Origin: Lingula anatina
Lineage: Eukaryota; Animalia; Brachiopoda
Assembly (NCBI GenBank): GCA_051362555.1
Contig: CM120643.1
Coordinates: 25,114,848 to 25,178,847 of the forward strand
Direction: 5' to 3'
Length of the DNA stretch: 64,000 bases
Every line of letters starts with the position of its first letter. The first letter of the stretch is position 1. Below the pieces are notes generated by a model. It was not told the origin of the DNA and did no database searches. It saw only the letters and a list, made by a program, of their open reading frames with translations. Below, piece by piece: positions 49,901 to 63,754 of the stretch. The translations under genes and the position numbers were made by a program.

Positions 49901-51837
49901 TTCCAATTTCGCAGATATTTGTAAAATGTAAGTCTTTGCTCTGTGTCAGTCCTTGTATTTTATCTATAGGATTTTTAAAAATGACATCGACCATTTATGA
50001 TAGAAAAACTCAAACTGCATGCTCAGGAAATCGCAAGAAGCATTAAATCATAGCATTGTTTTGATTGTAAAAATTTCAGGAAGAAGGAATTGTAAGTGCT
50101 CAAAATAATATTCTTGGTGCAAGTCAAAAGGCAAACTGCTTGGAAGCTTGATAGAATTTGCTGAGACATTTATAAATGTTCCTATTTACAGGTTACATAG
50201 ACAGCCCAAACATTTACTTGCCTTTCTCCTGGCAGAGTTGGGAACGAGGTAAATATGGCATTTGAATCTTATCATTTTAAAGTGGAAAAGATTCTTATTT
50301 AATAGTTGCAAGTTTCTGTAAAAAAAAAATGCTCAAAAAGTGTAGGATATGGGATGGGTAGAATTTTTCTCCTTTGTTGGTATTCTCTTTTCCTTTCCTG
50401 ATTCTTGATAGTGTATGTTGATGTAGATTGTCGGGTTGTGGATCAGCTCCATTTCATCGTGGAATGGCAGCAAAGAAGTGAAACTATATATCCATATTTT
50501 TCAACCAAGAATAAAGGTTTCATTATATTCACTGCTGACAACTGATGTTTTACACCCCATTTCCATAGATTTTTAGATCGATCTATCCCTGTGGGGAGTC
50601 TCACTAGATTACTGTCAGTTTGGCTTCTTAAGCGCCTGTCCCGCCTACTAAAAGCTGTAAGGGGGTAATTAACTATGGTGCCCGCTCGGCTGACTGCAAT
50701 TTAGCGTGAACCCCCAAGGAGTTAGGTCGATCTAAAACTTAATCTTTAGATCGATCTAAATCTCTGGGAAAGCACCCTAAATCTAAGTTGACTGTAATCA
50801 CCAGTAGTGACATTTTTCAGATTATCAGTGGATTTCTGACTTTTTTGGAGTCAAAAATATCATTTTTTGGAATTGGTGCAAGGGACCTCCTGGACCTCAC
50901 TCCATGTGTTTGGACTTTCTCACTAAATAGCAGTCTCATCTCTGAAACATACAAATACCTGCTCCAGAAATGAGGAGAGTCTTTTTCCTGATATTTATTA
51001 ATTTTTATTGATGTTATTTTTTTGCAGTGGCTCCTTAGATGGTACAAACCAACTGATTATCAAAGGAAGATTTCAACAGAAACAGATAGAAAACGTACTC
51101 AGGAGATACATAAGTAAGCATTTGGGAAACTTTTTTTCAGATATCTGAAAACTAAATAAAAATGTTCCAGGGTGATAATGATGTATGTCTTTAAGGAAGT
51201 TGAATTGGGGGGGGGGGGGGGGGGGACACCTTGTTTTACAGCTTAACAGTTTCATTGGTAAGTTCATGAACCACAGTTGTGGTATCATAAAATGAAATTT
51301 AAACAGTTTTGTTTACAACATTTGAATTGAATTAATTATGGAAAAAAACTGAAATTCAATAATATGCACAGGGCCTCAAACTGGCATGGTTATCGTTATT
51401 AAATGTGCTTGACAAAATTTGAAGGTTCATGTAGAAATCTGTTTAGCTACACAATTTATGAATGAAAGTAAGAAATGAAATTGACTGGTATTCTGGGAAA
51501 GGTTCAGAAAATGATATGAAAATATGTTTTAATGGAATATTTTGCCCCTGGAATTTATGGGGGGGGGGGGGGCTGGGAAATTACATATTTGTATAGGCAT
51601 AGCTCAAACATTTTATTTTGTGTTGGGGTTTTATTGTGAATTTTTTTCTTTGTATTTTCAGAGGAATATGTGACCTGTCACACGTGTAGATCTCCCGATA
51701 CGCTGTTACAAAAAGAAGAGCGTCTGTTTTTCCTCCAGTGTGAGACCTGCGGATCCAGGTGTTCTGTCGCCAGCATCAAGTCTGGTTTCCAGGCCGTCAC
51801 AGGAAAACGTGCCGCCATCAGAGCCAAGACTGCCTAG
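46913..51837 (+). CDS. EIF2S2: Eukaryotic translation initiation factor 2 subunit beta (~325 aa, 9 exons)
   Basis: Exons 46913-46930, 47661-47814, 48175-48266, 48799-48976, 49408-49475, 49779-49927, 50192-50248, 51028-51113 and 51662-51837; total 978 nt in frame. Three poly-Lys boxes, [32 protein letters not shown] and C4 zinc finger CHTC..CETC. Confidence 0.97.
50560..50777. mobile_element. Harbinger-like MITE in EIF2S2 intron 7
   Basis: Inverted ends tttccatagatttttagatcgatcta / tagatcgatctaaatctctgggaaa, right flank ccc-taa. Confidence 0.5.
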
Positions 51838-52899
51838 AGAGCAGCTCCGGACTTTCTTCTTACAATATACCATTATCCAAAACATTTCTGACTGCTCATT
51901 TTGTACAGTGTCATGAAGTGTGCATGATGCTGTGGTGGATATTTAATATGTTCTGGTCTGGGATGTGAATACTTCTTAAATTATGGGATATATGGAGGTC
52001 ACCATAGTATTATGGGATGTGATCATCCATGACTGTTGTAGAACATAAGCTGACTCTATGAAATATATGTAATCTACATTATACTTTTTATAAAAGCATT
52101 GGGTTAAAACAGTTACTGATATATTACAATATATCATTAATATATTTAATGGCTTGTAAAAATGGGAAATTTACACTGAAGAAACTTATCAAGCAGAACT
52201 GAATACCATATATTATGTTGCAATCATTTTGCTATGTAATTTGAAGAATTTGAGACCCTAATTAGAACTGGGTGTGAAAGAAATTAATAAAAAAAAAAAG
52301 ATATGTTTGTTTGTATTTTTATAGTGATAACAACTGTGATCCAACCTAACTTTCAGTTCTTTCTTGTTCTTGTCATGAACAGATAAGACCACAATACACT
52401 TAAATGTTTCAAGTGAGTTATATTGCAAAGTAGAAGACTTACCCCCACTCTCCTCTGGACCTTGGAAGTCTCAACTCTCTATTTTTCCACCTTTGCCATG
52501 AACAGTATTAAAATTATGGTACCCATCATACTATTAGTGAAAAGCATATTTTAAGTTCTCAAACTTTGCCATTTCCTTATAAATGGAGGGACCAAAGAAT
52601 ATCTAATGACACCCAAGTGCAGGTCCAAAAGTCCAAATTCAGTTTATATTTCTGGATTGTTACTAAAATGGACTACATACATAGATTTATTTATTAATTT
52701 TTACTTATTTATTTTTAAGTAAATAAATAGATCTTAAAAGATCTCAAATGTATAACATGGTTACATTAGTTAAGAGTAAAACGTTATGATTTTGGAAAAA
52801 AACATTTTAATATATGCTGAATGGCATTCGGGTGTGATCTTTTTTTCTGGAATGGAAAGTATGGAGAATAACCCATGATTGTGTTTGGTGCGCCGTAGT

Positions 52900-53116
52900 A
52901 CTTAACGCAATGGAGAGCTGAGCTGGTTCTCCACGTCTTGATGCTACTGCCCTCTATTGGTTTCGTTTTTGTTTCAACATGTGTGCAACACTACGATAAA
53001 ACATGATGACATTGCATTTCTACCAACGGGTAAATGATAATTACTGTCTGTCTAATCTAGGACCAGTTTACAGAGTGTAAGAGGGGCACTTGCCACGTTT
53101 TAGTGAAAAGGTAAGT
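52900..53116 (+). promoter_or_regulatory. Possible promoter and non-coding first exon of a downstream gene
   Basis: Local CpG enrichment, ATTGG (CCAAT box) at ~52956, and a consensus donor AAG|GTAAGT at 53110/53111. No coding exon identified downstream in this window. Confidence 0.35.
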
Positions 53117-53609
53117 TAAATACGAGTTAACACGTTAGATGAAAGATGCCGGCCGGTCTACTTGCAGCTAGCTAGACGTGCTGCTGACATTGGCTGAACT
53201 GTTTACATAATTTACAACGTGAATATACACGTGAAACGTGCAGTGCCGAAACAAGACTTGCCTTTCATTCGTCCTAGAAAATGGCAATTTTTTTTTCATC
53301 TCTGCTTCTGGATGGTACTACAGAGCTGTATGACAGTGTACATTACATGTATTTAGACATATTTTAATTAATTAATGAACATAATCAATGTGGTTCAGAT
53401 TTTAGATGTCCCTATTTGTATTAACACGTGGGGAATCCCCTAGAGGAATAATAGCATTTGATTATTTTGTGATGTTTATGCCGTAAAATTTGCAGGTCAG
53501 TTTCAGAATCATTTCCCCTTTTATGATACCAGAATATATATAGTTAATTGTTATTATGACATTCATGAAGCATATACGTATGGTACCAGTATATACATGT
53601 ACATACTGA

Positions 53610-53909
53610 ATGGAGAAAAGAATTGTCAACACCATGAAAGACTCTTTCCATCCTGCATCATCTCTTTTTACGTTTTTACCAAGCAACAGTAGACTTTTAA
53701 CTTTTAAAGGCAGTAAACGCTTTTTAAACAGCTTTTATCCAAGTGCAGTGACGCATTTTAATTTGATCTCAAAACTACAATTCTTCATTAATTTATTTAT
53801 TGTATTATTTTATTATTTTGCTCTGCATATTGCTCCAAAAGGAAAATGATTTCCAATTTTTATAATTGGCTAAATAGAATCTTATCTTATCTTATCTTAT
53901 CTTATCTTA
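53610..53909 (+). mobile_element. Rex1/Babar-like non-LTR retrotransposon 3' fragment
   Basis: DSFHP...LFTFLPS..R......RFLNSFYPSAV..FN C-terminal motif and a (TCTTA)n tail. Confidence 0.7.
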
Positions 53910-54107
53910 CAGCATATATATGTGCCTTATGTGCCTTTTTATAGCAAAATCCATCATTTTTCATGTACATGTAATCAAGAATTTTTCTCCAATTAATGAG
54001 GTATATCTTATTCAAAATTTATGATCTGTCAACCGTTTTTGAGTTTTAAATATCTGTTTTGACCATTATATATATCATGATGTACAGTACGTGATATTGC
54101 TTGTTTC

Positions 54108-54705
54108 TACCCTCTACCAGGGGGACAGATTGATTTTTCACAGATATTCACAGATATGTCTCTAGATAAATAGACTGTCATTTTGGTCCCTTTTTCCCTA
54201 TATAATCTGCCACCCTGGTATAGTACCCTCTACCAGGGCGAGTGATAGATTTTTTTTACAGATATTCACAGATATGTCTCTAGCTAGATAGATAGCCATT
54301 TAGAGCTGAACTCACCCTGTTGAGGAATCTCAAGGCTGATTACATGGCTGATAATTGTTTGCATAACTGCTCAGGCACTGCCACTTAGCAGGTCCAGTCT
54401 AAGTCTGCGTGACAGCAATCAAAACAGTTAATTACTCTGACTTCAATCACTTGCTCTTCTGTGACAGATAAAAAAGCCTTAGACTGGTTGCGTAACGAGC
54501 AGTTATCACATGGTTGTGAAGCGAAGCTCATGCAGAGCGAGAATAAAGCCCTCTGCGCGCGGGCAGAGATAATTGCTCCCACATGGGATTCCTTAACAGG
54601 GTGAGTTCAGCTCTAAATGACTATCTGTCTAGCTAGAGACATATCTGTGAATATCTGTAAAAAATCTATTACTCGCCCTGGTAGAGGGTACTGGTATAGA
54701 GGGTA
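54108..54705. mobile_element. Nested Mutator-like foldback MITEs (inner 54224-54690)
   Basis: Inner element has >100-bp TIRs and 9-bp TSD ctggtatag. Outer element shares the taccctctaccaggg terminus and has gcttgtttc on both flanks. Confidence 0.8.
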
Positions 54706-55766
54706 TAGCTTGTTTCCATGTATCTCCATAAAAGCTAGGATCAAGTAGCTCAGCTCTTGTAATTAAGCTGCCTGAAATCATATATCCTAAATAGCCAATG
54801 ACTCTGTCAGAAGATATCTTTAAAATGTCCAAAAAAAAAAGGTGTCTGATTGAGACATTAAAGCTAAATTAATTGTTCAAAAATAACAATTGAAGATAAA
54901 ATGCTATTCACTGGTAGTGAATGGCTTTATAATCTACAGCTACACAAGATATCTCCTGTACAGGGCTGCTATTTAGGCAAACTATTATTTTCAATGACAT
55001 CAACAAATGCAAATTAAGGGCTTTTAAATTAATTCAATAGGGAATAGGGTATATATTAGCTGGTTATTTATGGGCTTCCAAAATGTTTAACATCAATGTT
55101 TTAAATTTTGCCTATTACTTACGAGGTCCAATTGCATTCATTAATTTGATTTTGCAAACTGAAATTCAGTAACACATCTGGAAAATGTATTCAAAGTTGA
55201 GTTGGAATAGGAATTTTTTAAAAGAAATATTTTCACTTCAAATTCTGGTTGCATACATAAGGATCATTTGATGTGTGTATGAGTAATTTTTAAAATGAAA
55301 AGAAAGAAAGAAAAATGAAGCAGGGCAAAAAAAAAAAAAAAGATGAAGAACTGATTGACCTGCTTAGCATACCATTATATGCGTTAAAGAGTCATTTTGG
55401 TTTCACTAACATGCCATTTCTACTACTATTTATTTTCAGTTCAAAGTGTCACCTCAGTAGCATCTGTTCAGCAATGCATGCATTAATACAAGTGAGATGA
55501 AGTGCCACTATACATGTATCTGTCTACACAAGAATTTATAGTACAGTAAAAAAAAAAAATTAGTCTATATCTATTACAATAATGTGTAAGATAGTATAAG
55601 CATTCTTTTTAAGCACCATTTAAAACAGTAAAGAATATCTGCTAGTGGCTGAACTTTAGCTTAGAGTGCTGAACTTGAATAGCTGGCAACAGCAAGATGG
55701 CTCTATTGGTATAAGAGCATATATACCATATACAGTTGGCCCTTATAAATATATCTGAGATATTAA

Positions 55767-55977
55767 GGGTTCACTCCCATTTATGAAACTGTCATTCTCA
55801 CTTAATGCAATCAGACTAACATACCTCTTCTTGTTTCCAGCCTATTTGTACTATCAACAGTTTTTCTGTATTCTACTCAATGCCAGAAGGAGGCATGTTA
55901 GTATTTTAACCTGATTGCATTCAGCGAGAATCCCTGTGGAGTTGGATCGATCAGTGTAGAAAGATGGGAATGAGCCC
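55767..55977. mobile_element. PIF/Harbinger MITE
   Basis: TIRs gggttcactcccat / atgggaatgagccc; TAA TSD. Confidence 0.75.
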
Positions 55978-56618
55978 TAACTTGTAAATGTGTTTTTGTA
56001 CCCACTGAGAGAACAAAACATGTATAAGTGTGTGTTAAGGACCATCATGATTTGCTCTAGAGATGGATCGAGATACTGATAAGACTAAAAAGTGAGATAA
56101 ATAAGCTACATTTTAGTTTCCTTGTTTAAGTGTAGCTTAGCTGAATTCATAGGAGTCTTTGCATAGATCGTTTGTCCTCATTTTATGAAGCACCTGGATA
56201 TTTTTGCATTGGTCTGATTGTTAAGGTCCACTGAAGGCAAGTGATAAACTCACTCATCTACATGTTATGATTATATAATCAGTCAGCAAATTATCATTCA
56301 CCTTGCTTCAGTCTTGAATGAATATCTAAAATCATCATCCTTTGTATAGGTATACCTGATAAGTAGAACTGATATAACTTTCACTCACTTGTTATCTCTT
56401 GCATTGCAATTAGTATTTAAATGAGTTGCTGCCACTGTGGAATGCAGAGAGATTCCCTGTAGATAATGTGTATAAATGCTGAATGCTTGGTCTTATTAAA
56501 GGACTTTTAGACTTGGAACTGAATATGTGAGTCTGTGGTTATATTCCCTCTCCCATGCATCAGTGACAAGCGAAATATTAGAAGAACCTGGGTAGGGTGG
56601 AACATGGACCCCTACATA

Positions 56619-56942
56619 ATGGCGAGCTCGACCAGGGTCACTGCGGGGGAGGGATACAGCTACGGATCCAGCTTTGAAAATGAGTATGTGTATGAAGATG
56701 ATGACTGGGATTCTGAAAAGGACTATAATATTAACGGCAGACTGGTAGAATGCCTATCTAAGCTAGCCGACTTGTTACAAAAACAATATGGCTGTTTGCA
56801 ACAACAAAATAATGACATTAGTGCAGAATCTGAAATGAAACCAGAAGAAGTTAAAGATAGAAACCAAAGCAAAGTAGATGGACCATCAGAAATGGAGAAG
56901 GGAACTGAAGTCGAGACATTGAGTACTGCTAAAAAAAGATGA
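56619..56942 (+). CDS. Acidic ORF1 of the LTR element (gag-N-terminus-like, unknown function)
   Basis: ATG overlaps the PBS; 107 aa, acidic, with a short coiled-coil-like segment. Confidence 0.4.
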   Translation: MASSTRVTAGEGYSYGSSFENEYVYEDDDWDSEKDYNINGRLVECLSKLADLLQKQYGCLQQQNNDISAESEMKPEEVKDRNQSKVDGPSEMEKGTEVETLSTAKKR

Positions 56943-56946
56943 ATGT

Positions 56947-57705
56947 ATGATGGAGATTGTGAAGGAACAAGTTGTAGGTGAAGAAAATGATGGAAATGAA
57001 CTGAGCGAGGACATTATTTTTGTAAATGATCAAGAGGTAGGAAAGAGAACTGATTTCGAAAAAGGGGAGAAACAAGAAGTGTCTGTCGAGAAAGATTATG
57101 AACAAGAGCTAGGGAAGAAAACTGATGATGATGATGACAACAGATTAAGTGAGAGTAAAATGGGTGAACTGAAGTATTATGAGAAACCTGATGTAGTTGA
57201 AAAGGCTTTAACAGATGATGTAAAGAATTCGGATGAAGGACTTGATGATGATGATGACCCAAAGTATGTGGAGAAACTAGGTGTAGATGAAAAGGCTGTA
57301 ATGGATTATGTAAAGAATGCTGATGAAGGACTTAATGATGAACCGATGGAAATGGATTTTTCTCATTTCAAAGATACAGACAGAGACAAACTGATTGAAG
57401 TAGAGGTGAAACAAAGTGCAGGCGAGGAGGAAGTTAAAGTTAAAGAGAATGAAGAACAAAGTGCAAGTGAGGAGGTACTTAAAGTTGTAGAGAATGAAGA
57501 CAGACAAGGTTCAGACACAGAAAATGTTTATGAGAATGCAAAAGAATGGACAGATATAAAATGGGACTTTCACAGAGACAACAGAAAGGTGCAGAGAAAG
57601 TTTATGGCAAAGAAACTAAAATGGACACTTCTTCCAAACTGCAAATTAAGATATGATTTTTTTATTCATTTAAAGGATAATACATCAGTTAGAGCTGTAC
57701 TGTAG
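56947..57705 (+). CDS. Acidic ORF2 of the LTR element (252 aa, unknown function)
   Basis: Open 759-nt frame; D/E-rich body with an internal repeat (EKA..D.VKN.DEGL.D) and a basic/aromatic C-terminus. Confidence 0.45.
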   Translation: MMEIVKEQVVGEENDGNELSEDIIFVNDQEVGKRTDFEKGEKQEVSVEKDYEQELGKKTDDDDDNRLSESKMGELKYYEKPDVVEKALTDDVKNSDEGLDDDDDPKYVEKLGVDEKAVMDYVKNADEGLNDEPMEMDFSHFKDTDRDKLIEVEVKQSAGEEEVKVKENEEQSASEEVLKVVENEDRQGSDTENVYENAKEWTDIKWDFHRDNRKVQRKFMAKKLKWTLLPNCKLRYDFFIHLKDNTSVRAVL

Positions 57706-60350
57706 GTTAGGAAAAATGAGATATATGGGATTTATAGATATTATCTTAAGTTGTTTCAATGTTTTAAGTAAAATTGCACCAAATGATTCATGACTTACAT
57801 ATTTGAAAGTAATAAGATAAATTGTGTTTACATATAAGGTTAAATTGGATTATAAAGAATATGTGACAGTAGTTTTTGTTTATTTAAAAATGGTAAATTT
57901 CCAACATGTTGGGAGATTCCCAAGATATGTATTATAGAAGAAAGAATATAGTTTCATGATATACCTAATACTGAATTGTTCAACTGAGATTTTAAATGTA
58001 CAGTCCATTAGAAAAGCTGTTATTTAAACCATCTGTATGATAACTGGACAGTTTTCTTTTTCAAAATATTTTGGGAGCATAAACATTCAAATTTAATTTC
58101 ATTACAATAATGACATGTCTTTGTACAGCAATAGAATGGATAATGAACTGAATTAATTACAATTGTTAGTTAAAGTAATGATATTTGATAGAATAATATT
58201 GTTTTTTGTAGTTGAATCATGACATAGATATTTTGTATAAGTATTTTGCTGTCAAAATGTTATCTTTGAGTATTCTGTGGAATCTATATTTCAAAAAATT
58301 ATGTATCCATATTTTTTTTGTGGGAAAAGAAGGAATATGTTAAGGTCCACTGAAGGCAAGTGATAAACTCACTCATCTACATGTTATGATTATATAATCA
58401 GTCAGCAAATTATCATTCACCTTGCTTCAGTCTTGAATGAATATCTAAAATCATCATCCTTTGTATAGGTATACCTGATAAGTAGAACTGATATAACTTT
58501 CACTCACTTGTTATCTCTTGCATTGCAATTAGTATTTAAATGAGTTGCTGCCACTGTGGAATGCAGAGAGATTCCCTGTAGATAATGTGTATAAATGCTG
58601 AATGCTTGGTCTTATTAAAGGACTTTTAGACTTGGAACTGAATATGTGAGTCTGTGGTTATATTCCCTCTCCCATGCATCAGTGACAAGCGAAATATTAG
58701 AAGAACCTGGGTAGGGTGGAACATGGACCCCTACATGATGATGTATGGTAACCCAGGATTTCCACCTACCTGGTGTGAACTTACTGCTTCAGTGGTCACA
58801 TTTACATGTGTATACTACTCCAACTTGAGGACCAGTTTGACAACCCAGTTGTTTGTGACAAGATAATCAACCAGTCTCAGAATGTGTCCTACTAATTGTT
58901 TATGTAGCTGTTGAACTGTAAAGTGGATGTAAAATCTAAAATGAAAACTTGTTTTCTTATGCATGTTTATTTTATTTTATTTTATTTTATTTTATTTTAT
59001 TTTATTTTTTGCTATATGTAAAGGACCCACTAAACAAGATGAGTGGGTCCTAGCTACATGTTATTGAGATGCGAGTGTTTGGGATAGAAGCTTTGTTTAT
59101 ATTAAGGTAAATAAGGTTATGCACCGAAAGTGTATTATTATTTTCAATTTCTTTATTTTGGGGATATTATTAACTTGTTTTTCTCCTTTTTTCTTATAAA
59201 TACTAGTAGTTTTTTTCAGATGTGTATGCATGTAATTTGTCACAGTCTAGAGAATTGATATTGAAAGCTGTTATATCTTGCCAGCTTTTCCCTCTCACCT
59301 CACTGAAAGATGTACACAGGAAAACTGGTTTTGCATGTTTTTTTTTGGCATTCTCTTTATAGAACTGAAAGAGAATGTGAGTGCATGAATGATGATGATG
59401 ATTGGAGCTCATCGAGACAGAAAAATAATTCCTGTTTCTTTATTTGGCATTTGTACACGGACAATTTGATAAAGCAGTACATAAGTACTAGTAGGGGTCA
59501 GTTCTACAAAAAGTATTAACTTGGGCCATAAAATTTGTCTAAACTTATGGACAGAATTTTAGTTTTTTTAGTTTTTTTAGTTTTTTTTTTTTTAGTCTAG
59601 ATTAATCATTAGTAGCAGTCCACCAAAAAGAGAGGTTGTGCCTGCTTACAATAAGAAATACATCGTTGATGTTTCAGACAAGTGCTTACAGTACTTTATT
59701 GAAGTAGACTACCGTACTAGTACTACAGGTATATATTTATCTTATGCAGCAAGTAGACCAAACATCAGCCCAAGCTTGTTATTTGCCATGGTTATCTGAG
59801 TGTCCCTGGAAGCTGTCCTCATTTTTGCCCTGCACTGAAGTTTATTAGTATGGAGGGATACTGTAACTTGTTTAGAGTCCAGGACAGGATGTTTATACTG
59901 ATGAAGTGATATAAAATCCTTGATCTTTTTTTCTTTTTATCTCAAGGTTACAATCTTGTGGCCCTTCAAATTCAAGGTCCATCAGGCAGTGGGTAAAAGT
60001 ATTATGCTTTTGTAATATTCTTTGTCAGAGATAATCCAACTTATTTAGGTGAAATGCCTGAATCTGTTACAGGGCTCGGCATTACCTTTTTTCACTGGGT
60101 TGCTACTGAACACAAACAGGCCAGGAAGTTTGGTTGCTGTACCAAATTAGAAGAAAAAATTGCTTAATGACAAACCCTGCTGTTATAAATTTAAAAAAAA
60201 CTGGATTTTATTTATATATTTAATTTTATTTATATATTTAATTCAGTATTTTCAACCTTTCTATGACTGTTTTATCTGGGTATGGACTTACTTCAGCTAT
60301 TAATCTAACTGGCAAATAGTAAAAACAACCTCTTTGATGAAAGGCCTTAA

Positions 60351-60687
60351 AGGGATAATAACTCTTCGTTTTGGAAAATCACCAAAATTCTTATTCTTGC
60401 CATCCACAGCTTCTTATAAAATCTTACATATACTTTAAAAATGACTTAAATTTGAAATATTTCTTCTGCAGTGTACATGTACCTCATATATTTATATTCC
60501 CATTGGAGCTTGAATAAAAAGGTTGATGTTATAATAACTGGCCAGTCATTTTAAGCGGAAATCAAACTTTATAAATTTTATCAAGGTCAAATTCAAATGC
60601 ATCTAGAGAGATAGATATGAGTACAAGAAAATTGCTAATTTTCTCCAAAAAATTAGTTTTGGTGGGTAAATCTCATGGATTGTGCCT
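60351..60687. mobile_element. Degenerate Kolobok-type MITE
   Basis: TTAA-agggataat ... attgtgcct-TTAA. Confidence 0.35.
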
Positions 60688-61066
60688 TTAAGAGTTTTTT
60701 TCCTACTTCATTCAGTTGAAGAGGTTAAATTCATAAGGTCATCCCAGTGCTATTAAGAGTCAGATTTTATGGTGCATGTGTATGTTCTTCTATCTCGTTA
60801 TGTGATAACAGTTCAACTATTTACGTGTACAGTGCGTTAAGTGTGCTGTCACATATTATGCCAGTATCCATGACAGTCTGCATGAAAACAAACTAGGGCT
60901 CCTCTTTTAGGTTGGCATGGTAATATAGATATGATTGATATTCTGTTGATGTTTCTGTAGCATCTTTTATGTGATTATTGGAGAAATATTAGCATAAAAT
61001 TTAGCATAATTGACATTGTACATGTAGTTTAGTGTGTTGATTTTCATCCAAGTTGGTCTCTCTCTC

Positions 61067-61085
61067 TTTCTCTCTCTCACTCACT

Positions 61086-61116
<31 letters not shown>

Positions 61117-61125
61117 ACACACACA
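61067..61125. repeat. (CT)n/(CA)n microsatellite
   Basis: Direct reading. Confidence 0.9.
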
Positions 61126-61278
61126 TGCATCCAACCATGAACACAGGCTCTTGCTGTCTTGCACACTCATCTAACAAAAAGATTACACCTCAATGTAAGA
61201 TTTGGCATCATGAAATTGTGAAAAAATACATGACCATCATTTATTCAGACTTGCCTGGCTAAGGTAAAGCAGCACTCT

Positions 61279-61522
61279 GGGGCCTGTTTCAAAAACGAAA
61301 TCCACTTCAAAAATTTGTCTACCAGACAAATTACCCTAATAGGTGTAAACCTTTAGAATAAAAAAATTGTCTACTAAATTAATCAAAGATAAATCAGCTG
61401 TTATCCAGTTAAGTTGATACAACGACAAAAATATACTGACTATGATAACAGCCTGATTAAATGAGCCATGGTATTTTAGTTGGTTAGTTTTCTGTTTAAG
61501 ACTCACTTTTTGAAACAGCCCC
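61279..61522. mobile_element. Harbinger-like MITE
   Basis: Inverted ends ggggcctgtttcaaaaa / tttttgaaacagcccc; TAA on the right flank. Confidence 0.55.
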
Positions 61523-63754
61523 TAAGTATTAAACTAGTGGTGGCGAAGCCTTGAGCGAAGAGCTGGATATAATCAATGTCATCCAATTTTTTTCTTTTAT
61601 TTTTCTTCTTTTTTCATTTTTGTAATTTTTTATTTTAAGAACTTTATATTCTCTTTCAAAAATCTGTTCTTACAAAAAGGAGAAATAAGCTGTAGTTATG
61701 TTTTTTAAGTAAGGTAATATTACTATATTATAAGGCACCTGTACTTGTATATTCACACATGTCTGACTAATGCCTCCATTTTGTTGGTACATCAATCTTT
61801 TTTTTTTTTGAAGGGATTCGTGTTGCCTCACATGAACGGGGTTGTTAATTCCTGACTGTATTGATGCTATACATGTATATTTAATGTGCAAAAATTCTTA
61901 TTGTTTCATTTATTCCAGACAACAAGGAAAGCTGTGGCTATATAGATATATGTAAATAAAAAGAACAGTCCACGACCTATATATAGCAGCACACGGGGAA
62001 GTCAACAGGAATTTCTGCAGCAGGCCCTATAATTACGCAAAGCTCGAGTCTGAATCAATATTAAACACAAAAAATCAATCACCATGCATGGGTGAAAGAT
62101 TCAGTTTCCAGAGCCAGTTCAATGGCTATACGGGGGCTTTTTCAGTGTCATAGTCTGCTGTGATAGGCAGGACATATATTCTCAGGAAACAGGAGACTGT
62201 AACAGTACTCGAAAACAGTTGAACCTGACAGGAGCTAGCTGTACTTATGCTGTAATACTATGTGAGCATACACTGTTGCCGGGGTGTAAGAATTACCCAG
62301 GGTACTAGCAGCAGGGAGGATTGAAGAATGTGTCAACAAGGCCGGCCGGCTTGCACTTCATCATACACTGTTACACGTGAACAATTCATGCATGCCAGTT
62401 TACTTGTTTGCATTTCAGTACATGCGTGACTGGCATTTCATCACAATGAATGGAAAAAAATGATAATTCTACTACCAATGGCAAAGTCGAGGACCCTAGA
62501 GGTGTTAAGCAGTGTAGTTGTCGTCAATAGTGCACAACGACAATGTTATTCAAGGAAAATACAAGGCTGAAATAACATTCTAATTCCAAAAGTTTTCTGT
62601 TTGCTATGAGTCAAGCCAGAAGATAGAGATAGTGAATGCATTCAGTGGCTGTTTGTGTTAATGTACCTGCTTCGTGGAATAATAGAGCAATTGACTCTTG
62701 AGGTGACATCCAGCAGGTGCTTGCTTCATCTGTCTGGTCTTGTGTTGTGTGACCACATTCGGGTCAAGGGCAGTAGACCAGAGAATACAAACTGGAACTT
62801 GCTATAAACAGGTGCCCATTAATTCTGTCCTGTCTTGTCCTGTTGTCCTGACTCACCACGGTAGGGTCACTGTAAGTGGCCTGCAGATTAAGAGCACCTG
62901 TCTGCTGACCTTCCGTGTGGAATGACCACTGTTGGGTCAAAGGTGGTGGTGGAGTTAACGAGATAAGGTGGATGCACTAAGGAGAGGACTAGTAACTGGT
63001 GAATCACCTGAGAACTGTTGTCTTGGTCAGTCTGCTGATTTAAAAAGTACATGTAAGTATATTTTGTGTGACTTTTTCTCTTATATTTTGATTATCTAAA
63101 AAGTTAAAAGTATATACAATTTTGTGAGTGTGTTTGGAAAGATTCTTAATAATTAATTGTTTTTTTTTTTCATTTTTCTTCAAAGTTTTAGGTTGATAGT
63201 TGCCTTATAAACTTAAGATAACTTACTAGTTCAAAAAAACAGGTTATTCGTTGATTTTTGTCTTATGATGGCAATTAAGAAAGTAAGAGTAATTAAGGAA
63301 GTAATTAAGAAACTGAAAGTATTTTCTACCTACAAGACAGAACATTTGATGCCCACATTGCCAGGTGGGGCATGTGATCTGAAGGCATTTTGATGAAGGG
63401 TCGCTATTAACAACATGCTGTATAGGTAGAAAATGCATTAAGTCTCTTTAAAAACAATTTACTTTTTACTAACTTACAAATTGTTAAGAATTGGCTTGTG
63501 CTACTGCTAAATAATTTGGTGTCTTTACTCATGTTTTCAATGTTTTTATTTCTTCCAAACATTTTCAATAATATCTGTTTATTTACAAATTATTTACCAA
63601 AGTATATAAAACTTTAAAAAAACTTTAAAAAAAAAGTCATTAGTGAAGAATATTATGTGAACAAAATTAATGCAAGTAGAATTTCAAGTATTCTTCTTGT
63701 AACCAATTTATCTATTCAATAATACTAGTAAACTCTACTTTTTATGTGGTCACC

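Larger units (their letters stand above)
56219..58735 (+). mobile_element. Young non-autonomous LTR retroelement (Gypsy-type structure)
   Basis: 398-bp TG..CA LTRs at 56219-56616 and 58338-58735 appear identical. 4-bp TSD TGAT; PBS tggcgagctcgaccagg (tRNA-Arg-like); PPT gggaaaagaaggaa. No RT or integrase. Confidence 0.92.

Noticed and set aside
58654-58866. ORF sharing its N-terminus with 56535
   Set aside because: GTG-initiated frame inside the duplicated LTR that reads into flanking DNA.
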